This document shows, one piece after another, positions 40,005 to 52,835 of a stretch of DNA of 64,000 bases. Under the pieces are notes generated by a model, which ran no database searches, was not told where the DNA came from, and was given only the letters and a program-made list of their open reading frames with translations. Where the stretch lies: NCBI RefSeq assembly GCF_018350175.1, contig NC_058368.1, positions 136,030,001 to 136,094,000 of the forward strand. The letters run 5' to 3'. Position 1 is the first letter of the stretch; each line of letters starts with the position of its first letter. The DNA comes from Felis catus. Taxonomy: Eukaryota. A program made the position numbers and the translations under genes.

Positions 40005-42205
40005 ACTATATGTAGAAAACCCTCAAGACTGCACTAAAAAACAACTAGAACTGATAAATGAATTCAGTAAAGTCACAGGATACAAAATCTGTTACATTTC
40101 TATACACTAATAATGAGCTAGTAGAGAGAGAAATTAAGAAAACAATCCTGTTTACAACTGCACCGAAACCAATAAAATATCTAGGAATAAAATTAGCTAA
40201 GGAGTTTAAAGACCCGTGCACCTGAAAACTGTAAGACACTAATAAAAAAAATTGAAGATAACACAAATGGAAAGATATTCCATGCTCATGGAAGAGTTAA
40301 TATAATTAAAATGTCCATACTACCCAAAGTAATCTACAAATTCAATGTAATCCCTATAAAAATACACATTTTCCATAGTACTAGAACAAATAATCCTAAA
40401 ATGTGGATAGAACCACAGAAGACAAAGAAATCAAAACAATCTTGAAAAAGATGAATCAAACTGGAGGTATCACAATCTCAGATTTCAAGATACACGACAA
40501 AGCTGTACTGATCCAAACAGTATGCAACTAGCACGAAATCAGACACATAAATAAGTGGAACAGAACTGAGAGCTCAGAAATAAAGTCATGCTTATATGGT
40601 AATTAATCTTCAACAAAGGAGGCAAGAATATACAATGGGGAAAACTCAATGTCTTCAACAAATGGGGCTGGGAAGACGGGACAGCTATGAATGAAACTGG
40701 ACCACTTTCCTACACTATAAACAAAAATAAAATCGATTAAACACCTAAATGTCAGACCTGCAACCATAAAATTCCTAAAAGAAAACATAGGCAGTAATCA
40801 TTTTTTTTTAAACAAAGACCCCTGTGGGGTCTTTTTTTTTTTTTTTTTAATTTTTTTTTTCTTCAATGTTTTTATTTATTTTTGGGACAGAGAGAGACAG
40901 AGCATGAACGGGGGAGGGGCAGAGAGAGAGGGAGACACAGAATCGGAAACAGGCTCCAGGCTCTGAGCCATCAGCCCAGAGCCCGACGCGGGGCTCGAAC
41001 TCCCGGACCGCGAGATCGTGACCTGGCTGAAGTCGGACGCTTAACCGACTGCGCCACCCAGGCGCCCCTAGGCAGTAATCATTTTGACATTAGCTATAGA
41101 AACGTTTTTCCAGATATGCAGCCTCTGATAAAGGAAATAAAAACAAAAATAAACTATTGGGATTACACCAAAATAAAAAGGTTCTGCACAGTCAAAGAAA
41201 CCAGCAAAAATGCAACCTATCAAATGGAAGAAGTTATTTGCAAATGATGTATCTGATAAGGGCTTAATATCCAAAATACATAAAGAATGTGTACAACTCA
41301 ACACCAAAAAATTAAATAATCCAGCTGAAAAATGAAAAGACATGAATAGATATTTTTCCAAAGAAGACATACAGATAGTCAACAGACACATGAAAACACG
41401 CTTAACATCACTCATCAGGTAAATGTATCTCTAAACCAGAATGAGATACCCCTCACACCAGTCAGAATGGCTAAAATCAAAAACACAAGAAATCGTAACT
41501 ATTAGTGAGGATATGGAGAAAGAGGAACCCTCAAGCACTATAGATGGTAATGCAAACTGTGCAGCCACTGTGGACAACAGTATGAACATTACTCAAAAAA
41601 TTCTCAATGGAATTACCATATGATCCAGTAATTCCACCACTAGATGTTTACCCAAAGAAAATGAAAACACCGATTTAAAAAGATATATGCATCCCTGTAC
41701 TTACTGCAGCATTATTTATAAAAGTCAGGATATAGAAACAACCCAAGTGTCCATCGACAGATGAATGGATAAAGATGTGATGTGTACACACACACGTACA
41801 CACACACACACGTACACACACACACACTGGAATATTACTCAGCCATAAGAAACAAAACTTTGCCATTTGAGACAACATGGATGCATCTAGACAGTATAAC
41901 GAAGGTTAACTAAACTAAGTCAGAGAAAGACAAATACCATATGATTTCACTCGTATGTACAATTTAAGAAACAAAACAAAGGATCAAATTAAAAAAAGAA
42001 ACAAAAAACAGACTCTTAAATATACAGAGCAAACTTGTGGTTGACAGAGGAGAGGTGGGTGGTGGGATAGGTGAAATGGGGAATGGGGATTAGGAGTACA
42101 GTTGTGGTAAGCACTGAGTAGTGCGTATAACTGCTGAATCATTGTGTTGTACACCGGAAAGTAAAATAACAATGTTAACTGTACTTGAATTAAAAATAAT
42201 TAAAA
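40005..42205 (+). mobile_element. 5'-truncated L1 (ORF2 3' half, 3' UTR, A-rich tail) in SMN intron 7
   Basis: Continuous decayed ORF2 motifs (ctagaactgataaatgaattcagtaaagt, ccaaagaagacatacagat) and A-rich end. Confidence 0.88.
40810..41068 (-). mobile_element. Young SINEC_Fc-type SINE inserted in the L1
   Basis: CpG-rich body; 17-bp TSD taggcagtaatcatttt at 40788-40804 and 41069-41085. Confidence 0.95.
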
Positions 42206-42327
42206 ACATATTTAATAGCTTTACATTAGCTTTTGTTTTTTTAACATTTGATTTTTAAAGATATGTTTTCCCCAAACTGAAATTCATATAAAAGTAAGAT
42301 TCACTTTTATGACGACAGTAGACTTAC

Positions 42328-42378
42328 TTCTTAATTGAAATGTGAGCACCTTCCTTCTTTCTGGTTTTGTTTGAAACC
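42328..42378 (-). CDS. SMN1: SMN exon 7 (GFKQNQKEGRCSHFN*; stop TAA at 42333-42331)
   Basis: 51 nt, ttacag|GGTTTC...TAAGAA|gtaagt; C at exon position 6. Confidence 0.96.
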
Positions 42379-44845
42379 CTGTAAGAAAACAAAGGAATTT
42401 TAAAGAATAGCATACACATTTTATACAGATATGAATAAACACTTTGTTTCATACAAGATGTTTTACTAATTCTATTTAACAAAATATCAGAAAATAAGTT
42501 TATGGCCTTCAAATGTGCTTTAAAAGTGATCCTAAAGAAGAGCGCCTGAGTGGCTCAGTAGGTTGAGTGTCCGACTTGGGTTCGAGCCCCACATCTGGCT
42601 CACTGCTGTCAGCATAGAACCCACTTGAGATCCTCTGTTATGTTCTCTCTTTGCCTACCCCCCGTTTGTGCTCTCAAAAATAAATAAAATCTTTAAGTGT
42701 TCCTAAAGTAAACAATTATTAGGCTGTAGTTAAGAAATTTTCTTCTTTGGGGGTGCCTGGGTGGCTCAGTTGGTTAGAAGTCCGACTTCAGCTCAGGTCA
42801 TGAGCTCGTGGTCCGTGAGTTCGAGTCCCGCATCGGGCTCTGCATTGACAGCTCGTTGCCTGGAGCCTGCTTCAGATTCTGTGTCTCCTCCTCTCTCTGC
42901 CCCTCCCCCACTCAAATTGGATGTGGAAACGTGAAGCAGAGTGAGAAAATATGGCTAATGCCAGGCCTGTGGCTTGAGAAATTGGTGCTGGTGCACCAAT
43001 GTTATCGCTTACTGAGAAACATAAAAGGCTGTGGGAACAGAGGTGTAAGAAATGACACGTGAAGTTCTGTTTCGGCTGCAGTTAGTTTGAGATGTTCCTA
43101 ACAGATATCCACACGGTGAGGGAAAAGAGGCAGCTGCATAAGTAAGTCTGAAAGTCAGAGCTTATACCTGAGAAGTACCACCACAAACATACCATTTTAA
43201 GTCAAGGAGCAGAGGTGAGGTCACCTAGTGAACATTTATAATTAAGAAACAGGGACTGTGGACCATGCATAAGGATTCTACTTGGATATTCAGAAGAGGA
43301 GGAAAAGTTGTTAAAGGAGTATAGAAGGGACAGCCAAGTAGAAATGCTCAAAACTAGTAGATGATATGGTGTCACTGAAGGCAAGAGAAGAAATGTTTCC
43401 AGAGTTACACTTGGGAACACAATTTATACACAAATGTGTAAAATGTACACAAATATGTAAAAATGTTGCGGAGAACTAACTAAGGTCAAAGCAGAGAAAA
43501 GACCACTGATGTAGCAATCTTCAGTAAAATCTCAGCAGAGTGGGGAAGACAGAAGCGCACCTGATAGGACTGAAGAGGTGCAGTGAGGTAAGGGAGAGAA
43601 CTAGAGATAACTCTGAAGAAGTCTGGCTGCACTTTGCAACTATGTGGATGGAACTAGAGGGTGTTATGCTAAGTGAAATTAGTCAGAGAAAGACAAATAT
43701 CCTATGAGTTCACTCATATGAGAACTTTAAGAGACACAACAAATGAACACAAGGGAAGGGAAGCAAATATAATTTAAAAACAGGGAGGGGGACAAAACAT
43801 AAGAGACTCAAATAATTCGGATGTAAATTAAAAAATAAATACATTATTAAAAAAAATAAGTCTGGCTGTGAAGGCAAGGTGAAAAATGATGTGATAGACA
43901 AGTTCTAGAGAACGTAGTTGAAGTAAATGGTCACTAAGTTTAGCTAAACAGAACTAAAACGGTCACCAACATAGACTGATGAGTAAGACAAGCAAACTGC
44001 TGGCTAAATTCTTAGAATATGTCTGTAGATGAAGAAAGATGAACATAAAAATAATACATTTCTTAGCAGCACTCACACATACTGGAAGGCAGACAAATAG
44101 ATATGATAGACTACTGTCTATATAATAGACTACTGTCAGTGGTGACTTATGGAAAAGGGTAAGAAATAGGCGTGGCTTAGGTCATCAAAGGGATTTTTGT
44201 CTTATCTTTGATTTGCTCAATTTTTAAAATGTAATGTATTCATGTATCATCTGTAATCAAGAAATGCATATATTCTTAAAGGATATAAAACAACGTAAAT
44301 GGCATGATGAGAACAATATAAAAAACAAACCATGTAAAACTCCAGAGACAGGACAATAAAATGCAACAGATGGCTCTGGATTTAATCCTGGATCAAAGAA
44401 AGCAATCTTGGGGGCACCTGGGTGGCTCAGTTAAGCGGCCGGCTTAGGTTCATGTCAGGATCTCACAGCTCTTGAGTTCAAGCCCCAGCACTGGGCTCTG
44501 TGTTGACAGAGCAGAGCTTGGGGCCTGCTTCAGATTGTGTCTCCCTCGCTCTCTGCCCCTTCCCTGCTCACGCTCTGTCTCTCTCTCTCCTTCAAAAATA
44601 AATAAACAGTAAAAATTTTTTTTTAGTAGGGGCACCTGGGTGGCTCAGCGGATTGAGTGTTCAACTTCAGCTCAGGCCTCGCAGTTTGTGAGTTCGAGCC
44701 CCACGTTGGGCTCTGTGCTGACAGCTCAGAGCCTGGAGCCTGCTTCAGATTCTGTGTCTCCCTCTCTCCCTGCCCCTTTCCTGCTCACACTCTGTCTCTC
44801 AAAAATAAATAAACATTAAAAAAATTAAAAGCAAATTTTAATTTT

Positions 44846-45085
44846 AATTTTTATTTTTTTTATTAAAAAAAAAATTTTTTTTTAAATGTTTATTTATTTT
44901 GGGGACAGAGAGACAGAGCATGAATGGGGGAGGGGCAGAGAGAGAGGGAGACACAGAATCGGAAGCAGGCTCCAGGCCCTGAGTCATCAGCCCAGAGCCT
45001 GACGCGGGGCTTGAACTCACGGACCGCGAGATCGTGACCTGAGCTGAAGTCGGACGCTTAACCGACTGAGCCACCCAGGCGCCCC
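44846..45085 (-). mobile_element. Felid SINE
   Basis: Full tRNA-like head, (CT)n, A tail; TSD caaattttaatttt. Confidence 0.92.
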
Positions 45086-45174
45086 TCAAATTTTAATTTT
45101 AAAGAAAGCTACTTTTAATTCTCTTGTAAGGGACATTGGTGAGACAACAGGCAAGATTCAAATAAGGCCAAAAA

Positions 45175-45387
45175 GGGGCGCCTGGGTGGCGCAGTCGGTT
45201 AAGCGTCCGACTTCAGCCAGGTCACGATCTCGCGGTCCCTGAGTTCGAGCCCCGCGTCAGGCTCTGGGCTGATGGCTCAGAGCCTGGAGCCTGTTTCCGA
45301 TTCTGTGTCTCCCTCTCTCTCTGCCCCTACCCCGTTCATGCTCTCTCTCTCTCTGTCCCAAAAATAAATAAACGTTGAAAAAAAAAA
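45175..45387 (+). mobile_element. Young SINEC_Fc-type SINE
   Basis: GGGGCGCCTGGGTGGCGCAGTCGG head, B box GTTCGAGCC; TSD tcaaataaggccaaaa. Confidence 0.95.
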
Positions 45388-47025
45388 TCAAATAAGGCCA
45401 AAAGATGAGATCACAGAATTATATAAATTTTAATTCCTGATTTGATTACTATACTACGGTTGTATAACATTCTTAATTTAGGAAACATACTGCATTTAAA
45501 TGTAAAGGGGTATAATGTTTGCAACTGATTATCAATTATTTCAGGGAAAAATACATATACACATAAACAAAGAAAAAAAAAGACAAACAAGTATGAAATA
45601 AATGAGAATAATAAACCTAAAGTGGTACAGGGGCACCTGGGTGACTCAGTCGGTTGAGAGTCTGACTTCAGCTCAGGTCATGATCTCATGGTCTGTGAAT
45701 TTGAGCCCTTGGACCGAGCTGACAGCTCAGAGCCTGGAACCTGTTTCAGATTCTGTGTCTCCCTCTCCCTCAGCCCCTCCCCAGTTTATGCTCTCTTTCT
45801 CCTTCAAAAAATAAATAAACATAAAAAAAATTAAAAAATAAAAGAAACTTAAAGTGGTACAAAGGTGACACTTGGGGACAATTAGGTGAAGGATACATAG
45901 AAATTCTTGTACTATTTTCACAACTTTAAGTCTGAAAGAGATTTTTTTTTTTTTTTAAGTTACAAACAACAACAAAAAGCACTTGTATTTTGGTTTGGTT
46001 ATCTGCCAAAGGTAAACTTTCACACACTACATGACCTAGCAATTCCACTTCTAAGTGTATACCCAAAAGAAATGAAAATGTACATTGACACAGAAACTTG
46101 TATACGCATGTTCATCACAGCAGTATTCGTTAAAGCCCCAAAGGAGAAATAACCCAAATGGAAAAAATGAGGTACACTCAATGGATTATTATTCAGCAAT
46201 AAAAAATGAAGGGAGAGAGGGAGGGAGAGAGGAGAGAGAGAGGGAGAGAGCTCGAGAGAGATTATGCTAAGTGAAGAAAGAAAGACACAAAGGATGACAT
46301 TTAGTATAACTCTATTTATTTGAAGTGTCCAGAAAAGGCAAATCCACAGAGTAAGTTAGTCATTGCCTAGGCCTAGAAATTTTGAGGAAAATGGGGTACA
46401 TGTTTGTTTTCTTACGGAAGGAGGGTAGATAATGAAGATATTCCATAAATGACTGTAGTTATGGCTGTGTAATTGTGAATATACTAAAAACCCAAACCAG
46501 TGACTTGTATACTTTAAAAGGTGAATTGAATGCCATGTAAACTATATCTCAATAAAACTTAATTAGTTAAAAAAAAAAGTCACAGGCAATGCTGTTTTCC
46601 AAACTGGAAACAAGCTACATATCCATCAATGGTTAAAAGAAATAAACAGATTATAGAATATTCATGCAGAAGAACACAACAGAGCTACGACTATACACAA
46701 CAATGTATATTACTCTCATAAACTGCTGAACAAAATATGCCAGCCACAAAGGAGTGTATGTATAATTCCAAACCATAGAAGTTCAAAAAAGGACAAAAGT
46801 ACTCTATGACACTAAACGTTAGGAAAATGGTCACCCTTGGCAAAGGGATTAGTAATGAGTGATTAGAAGAAGACATAAGGAGGCAGTAGCTTATATTTTT
46901 TTTTAAAATCAAGCTGTTCACTTCTAATATATGCACTTTTCTGCATACATCTGTTTTTTTTCTTTTTTATTAGCGAGGGGGAGTGGGGGAGTGGGGGAGT
47001 GAGGGAGGGAGGGAGGGAGAGGGGG

Positions 47026-47081
<56 letters not shown>

Positions 47082-48122
47082 CAGGCAGTGCAAGTGAGCG
47101 AAGGGCAGAGAGAGAGAATCCCAGGAAGGAACAAGAAGGGGAGAAGGAGAGGGGGAGAGAGGGAGAGGGGGAGAGAGAGAGAGAGAGAAGCAGGGCTCAT
47201 CTGAAGCAGGGCTCCAGCTCATCTGATAAAGATGGGACTAGAAATCATGAACTGTGAGATCACAACCTGAGTCAGATGCTTAAAAGACTGAGCCAACAGG
47301 CGCCCCCACCCCCGCTTTTTTTTTTTTTTAAGTTTATTGATTTACTTTGAGACAGACAGCATGAGCAAGAGCAGGGGAGGGGCAGAGAGAGAGGAAGAGA
47401 GAGAGAAACCCAAACAGGCTCTGCAATGTCAGCACAGAGCCCAACGCAGGGCTCAACCTCACAAACTGAGATCATGACCTGAGCTGAAATCAGGAGTCCG
47501 AGGTTTAACTGACTGAGCCCAACAGGTGACCTCTGCATACATATTTCAATACAAACACTATAAACACCAAATAAACCATGAACCTCTGTATAATATGAAC
47601 CTGAAAATAAGTCAAAATATGGTCTATCTGGGTAAAAGAACTCTCTTTCCTTCCAAAAAACTGAAAAATAAATATAAATCACATCAGTAGTTTACTTATA
47701 CACTATATGTAATATTTTTCCAAATATTTCATAATGAAAAATACACTCAGAGAAATACAAAGTGCAGAAAAGGGAAGCTTATTATGTTAGGTAATTGGTC
47801 TCAAATTATAAATGGTTAACTTGTTACTTTCCATCATCTTTCTAGTCATAAAAAGGGGAACTTCATCATACTATACAAATATACCAAGTTTATACAATGA
47901 CTCAAGAATACTTTTTATTATTTTTATTTAATTTTTTAAAAAGTTTATTTATTTTAGGGCGCCTGGGTGGCTCAGTCGGTTAAGCGTCTGACTTCAGCTC
48001 AGGTCACGATCTCACTGGTTGTGAGTTCGAGCCCCGCATCGGGCTCTGTGCTGAAAGCTCAGAGCCAGGAGCCTGCTTTGGATTCTATGTCTCCCTCTCT
48101 CTCTGCCCCTCCCCTGCTCATG

Positions 48123-48156
<34 letters not shown>

Positions 48157-48239
48157 AATAAATAAACACTAAAAAAACAATTTTTTTAAAGTTTATTTTA
48201 AGAGAGAGTGGAGTGGGGGGGGACGGAGGGAGGGAGGAG

Positions 48240-48597
48240 TGTGTGTGTGGGGGGGGAGATGGAGAGAGGGGGAGAGGGGGAGAGGGGGAGAGGGGGAGAG
48301 GGGGAGAGGGAGAGAGAGGGAGAGAGGGAGAGAGGGAGAGAGGGAGAGAGGGAGAGAGGGAGAGAGGGAGAGAGAGAGGGAGAGAGGGAGAGAGAGAGGG
48401 AGAGAGGGAGAGAGAGAGGGAGAGAGGGAGAGAGAGAGGGGGAGAGAGAGAGGGAGAGAGGGAGAGAGGGAGAGAGGGAGAGAGGGAGAGAGGGAGAGAG
48501 GGAGAGAGAGAGGGAGAGAGAGAGGGAGAGAGAGAGGGAGAGAGAGAGGAAGAGAGGAAGAGAGGAAGAGAGGGAGAGAGGGAGGGAGAGAGAGAGA
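48240..48597. repeat. Expanded (GAGAGAGG)n purine tract within a minus-strand SINE
   Basis: About 350 nt of almost pure G/A. Confidence 0.95.
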
Positions 48598-49454
48598 CAC
48601 AAAGAGAATATCCCAAGCAGGATCCACACCACTAGCGCGGAGCCAGATATGGGGCTCAAACCCATGAACTGTGAGACAGTGTGACATGACGAGAAATCAA
48701 GAATCAGATGTGTAAGTGACTAAGCCACCCAGGTCCCCCAAGAATAGCTTTTAAATAACATTAATGGGGGCACGTACAGATGATACATTTAAAAAAATCA
48801 TACCTTTGAGTCAGTTGTTTATTTATATCTTCCATATATTAACCAAAATTTCAAGTAGTTATAATATCACATCATAATGTCAGCATGGCATAGTAGCTTC
48901 CTTTCAAAAATTTAAAAATTTCCTGAAAAGTCACAATACATGTGTGAAACAGACTGATGTGTAAAATGGTACGTATGGAGCCTCAGTTCCTAAGGTCCAG
49001 TTTGGCATGTATCACCTCAGGCCTTCCTCTATGCACAAAAGAACCTAACACCTTTTGTCTTTATTTCTTTTCTCAAGCTATTATTCTTTCTTTTTCTATT
49101 TCTTTTTTTTTTTTTTTAATTTTCTTTTTTTTAACGTTTATTTATTTTTGAGAGACAGAGCACGAGGAGAGGAAGACACAGAATCCGAAGCAGGCTCCAG
49201 CCTCCGAGCTGTCAGCACAAAGCCCGACGCCGGGCTTGAACTCACAAACTGTGAGATCATGACCTGAGCCAGTCAGCCGCTTAACCGAGTCACCCTGGCG
49301 CCCCTCATTTTCTATTTCTTGCAATACATTTTGTTTTATATTAAAACACAAAGACAAATGAGACTGGAAAATAATTTAAAAGAGTGTCATTAAATTAGAA
49401 AATGTATAATCAACATAACCTAAGAACAGGAACAAAATTTTATTTTTATTTAAA

Positions 49455-49666
49455 TTTTTTTTTTCCAACGTTTATTTATTTTTGGGACAGAGAGACAGAG
49501 CATGAACGGGGGAGGGGCAGAGAGAGAGGGAGACACAGAATCGGAAACAGGCTCCAGGCTCCGAACCATCAGCCCAGAGCCTGACGCGGGGCTCGAACTC
49601 AGGGACCGCGAGATCGTGACCTGGCTGAAGTCGGACGCTTAACCGACTGCGCCACCCAGGCGCCCC
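49455..49666 (-). mobile_element. Young SINEC_Fc-type SINE
   Basis: CpG-rich, near identical to the 45175 copy in inverted orientation. Confidence 0.93.
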
Positions 49667-50302
49667 TATTTTTATTTTTTTAAGAGCGAGAGAGACAGAG
49701 TGAGTGAGCAGGGGAAAGGGGCAGGGAGAGAGAAAGAATCCCATGTTGGCTCCATGCTCAGCACAGAGCCCGCCACGGGGCTCAACCCCACAACCATGAG
49801 ATCATCATGACCTGAACTGACATCCAGAGTTGGACATCCAACTGACTGAGCCAACCAGGCGCCTCAACATGAAAAAATTTTAAATGAACTATAATTACAC
49901 TTAGCAGGGACAATTCAAGAGAATGTAAACCTTAAACACAAGTTATATATATATGTATTTTTGAATGTATTTATTTATTTTGAAGTAGAGACAGAACGCG
50001 ACCAGGGGAGGGGCAGAGAGAGGGAGACAGAGAATCCCAAGGAAGCTCTGCACCTTAAGCGTGGAGCCCGATGCAAGTAATGAACTCATGAACCAGAGAT
50101 CATGACCCGAACCAAAATCGAGTCGGATGCCCAATGGACTAAGCCACCCAAGCACTCCAACAGTTGTATGTTTTTAAACTTTATGAGGTAATTTCAACCT
50201 TTATGATCTGCCAAACATAACAAACCACTTTTTAGTCACAAACAAAACAAGGTCACATAACCACAAAGTGATTGTCAGGAAAGATGCTGAATGATCACTT
50301 AC

Positions 50303-50413
50303 CATATAGTAACCAGTATGATAGCCACTCATGTACCAAGAGATTAACATACTTCCCAAAGCATCAGCATCATCAAGAGAATCTGGACATATGGGAGGTG
50401 GTGGGGGAATTAT
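50303..50413 (-). CDS. SMN1: SMN exon 6, YG box ([37 protein letters not shown])
   Basis: 111 nt, cag|ATA...ATG|gtaagt. Confidence 0.97.
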
Positions 50414-51572
50414 CTGGAAATGGAGAAAGATATAAAGTCAATAAACAAAAACTGAAGTCTGGACATCCATTTTACATAGAGAATGCTGGATGTTAGCTCT
50501 ATCTTTCCCTACATTTCATGCCATTACCTATTTAAATTTTTTTTTTTTGTAAAGACATTTTGAGGAAGCCAACCGGTAACAACAGGCCAACAAAATTAAG
50601 ATAAATAAAAATCAAAAGATAAAAGATCACATAAAATGTTTAGATATTTTGTTTTGATTTTCCAACTATTATTCTGTTCCATTATGAAGCTATGGGTAAA
50701 AGACCAAGTATATATACTTTAATGGTTTTCCTTAAAAAACATCCAGGGGCACCTGGGTGGCTCAGTCAGTTTAGTATATGACTTCGGCTCAGGTCATGAT
50801 CTCGTGGTTCTTGGGTTCGAACCCCACATCAGGCTCTGCGCTGACAGGTCAGAGTCTGGAGCCTGCTTCGGATTCTATGTCTCCCTCTCTCTCTGCCCCT
50901 CCCCTGCTCGTGCTCTGTCTCTCTCTCAAAAATAAGTAAATGTTAAAAAAAAAAAAAATTAAAATACAACACAAAACAAAACATCCAAATAGCATTTCAA
51001 GTAAAGGTCTTGAGTAGAAAAACTGAGCGGCTCCCACTGAAACACATGGAATTTGCCACAAAGTATCTTGTATCTAGCCTACTGTTGATATCTCAAAGTC
51101 AGTCTACCGTTAGAAATTGGGACAGACCATGTGACACTAAATTCCAAGCACATCTGGAAGCACATTAATCCTTGTATACAGTGTAATTAAGTCCTTTAAA
51201 ATAAGAGCTTCCTCCCTATAGAATGAGATATAACTTCTAAGAGGAAGGAAGCATGCAACATAGGGCTCAGATATTGGGGTAATAAGAGGACTAAGTCTGG
51301 ATAGCAGAAGGACATTTAAAAAAGTAATCCAAGTTGGTTGGTTGGTTGATTGATTTATTTATTAGAGTTTTTATTTATTTATTTTGAGAAACCAGAGGTC
51401 GGATGCTTACCTGACTGAGTCACACAGGTGCCCCCAAAACCCTGAGGTTTAGTTCAAAGGTTTACACATTAGAATCTGGCTGTAGGGATGGTATAAAATG
51501 ACACTTCCATGTCCTGCTAAATCCCTAACTATGTATGAAAACAAATTTTAATCTGAATTCTTTTACACTTAC

Positions 51573-51665
51573 TGGTGGTCCAGAAGGAAAAGGAGGCAAC
51601 CAGCATGATAGGAAGTGTGGTGGAGGTGGTGGAGGTGGTGGTGGGCCATTGAACTTTAGACCAGG
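51573..51665 (-). CDS. SMN1: SMN exon 5, polyproline (PGLKFNG-P9[15 protein letters not shown])
   Basis: 93 nt, cag|CCT...CCA|gtaagt. Confidence 0.96.
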
Positions 51666-52789
51666 CTGTAAAGAACATTTCAAAGGAAGATTAATTTATC
51701 AATTTAAATATGAAAAGAGGAAAAGGATTCAATGTCTTAAGAACCTAAATAACCACCCAGAATGATACATTATACATATCAAAAGAGATGAAACAGGGGC
51801 ACCTGGGTGGTTCAGTTGGGTAAGGGATAAACATAAGCTTCCTACTCTTGATTTTTGCTCAGGTCATGATCTCATGGTTCATAAGATTCAACCCTGTGTC
51901 AGGCTCTGTGCTGAGTGTGGGGCCTGCTTGGGATTTTCTCTCTCCCTCTTTTTCCACCCTTCCCCCGGTTCTCTTTCTCTCTCTCTCAAAAAAAAAGATG
52001 AAATAGAATTTCATATACCAAATGGTGAATTTAAACAAGACTCCTAAATCTAGATTTTCCTCATTTCCTTTCATATCTAAACATTCAGAAAGTAAAACCA
52101 AAGTAAAAAGATTGCCAATTACCTCAGAAATCAGAGACTGTGTATTTAGCAAGATATTTCAATCATAAAAAAGACTGTATCTGCCACAATGTCGTTAATT
52201 GTGTAACCTTTTTATGGATGTCCCCTGAGTTACATATACTAACATAAGCATATATTGTAAAAATTAGTAAACCTCTCATTTAACAAGAAAAGTCAGCTCC
52301 CTCAGACCAATGAAGTACAATATGTAGATAAATTAAGAGGTCTGATCATTCTAGAAATTGTGATATAATGCAAACCTCTTTAAGAAAGCATTCACAGGGG
52401 TGCTTGCGTGGCTTAGTCGGTGAAGGTCTGACTCTTGGTTTCTACTCAAGTCATGATCTCACAGTTCGTGAAATCAAGTCCTGCATCGGGCTCTGTACTG
52501 ACAGTGAGGATCCTGCTTGGCATTCTCTCCCAGTCTTTGCCCATAACCGACTCACGCATGCTCTCTCTCTCAAAATAAATAAACATTTTTAAAAATGGTA
52601 AAGGGTCACCTAGATGGCTCGGTTAGTTAAGCAACAGACTCTTGATTTCAGCTCAGGACATAACCCCACCGTTTTGAGTTCAAGCCCGCCTCAGGTTCCA
52701 CACTGACCACACAAAGCCTGCTTTGGATTCTTTCTCTCTGTCTCTTTCCCTGCCCCTCCCCTGCACACACACACACACACTCTCTCTTA

Positions 52790-52835
<46 letters not shown>

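Noticed and set aside
40814..40848. GC hairpin plus poly-T resembling a bacterial rho-independent terminator
   Set aside because: Mammalian context, inside the TSD of a SINE; better explained as a SINE tail tag
42373..42373. Possibility that this is an SMN2-like copy
   Set aside because: Exon 7 position 6 is C, SMN2 is human-specific, and no duplication is visible in the window
45175..45255. tRNA-like A and B boxes
   Set aside because: SINE heads with (CT)n and A tails, not tRNA genes
48155..48687. Six overlapping 140-164 aa ORFs (ER-rich or SLP-rich)
   Set aside because: Stop-free by virtue of a GA microsatellite within a SINE; not genes
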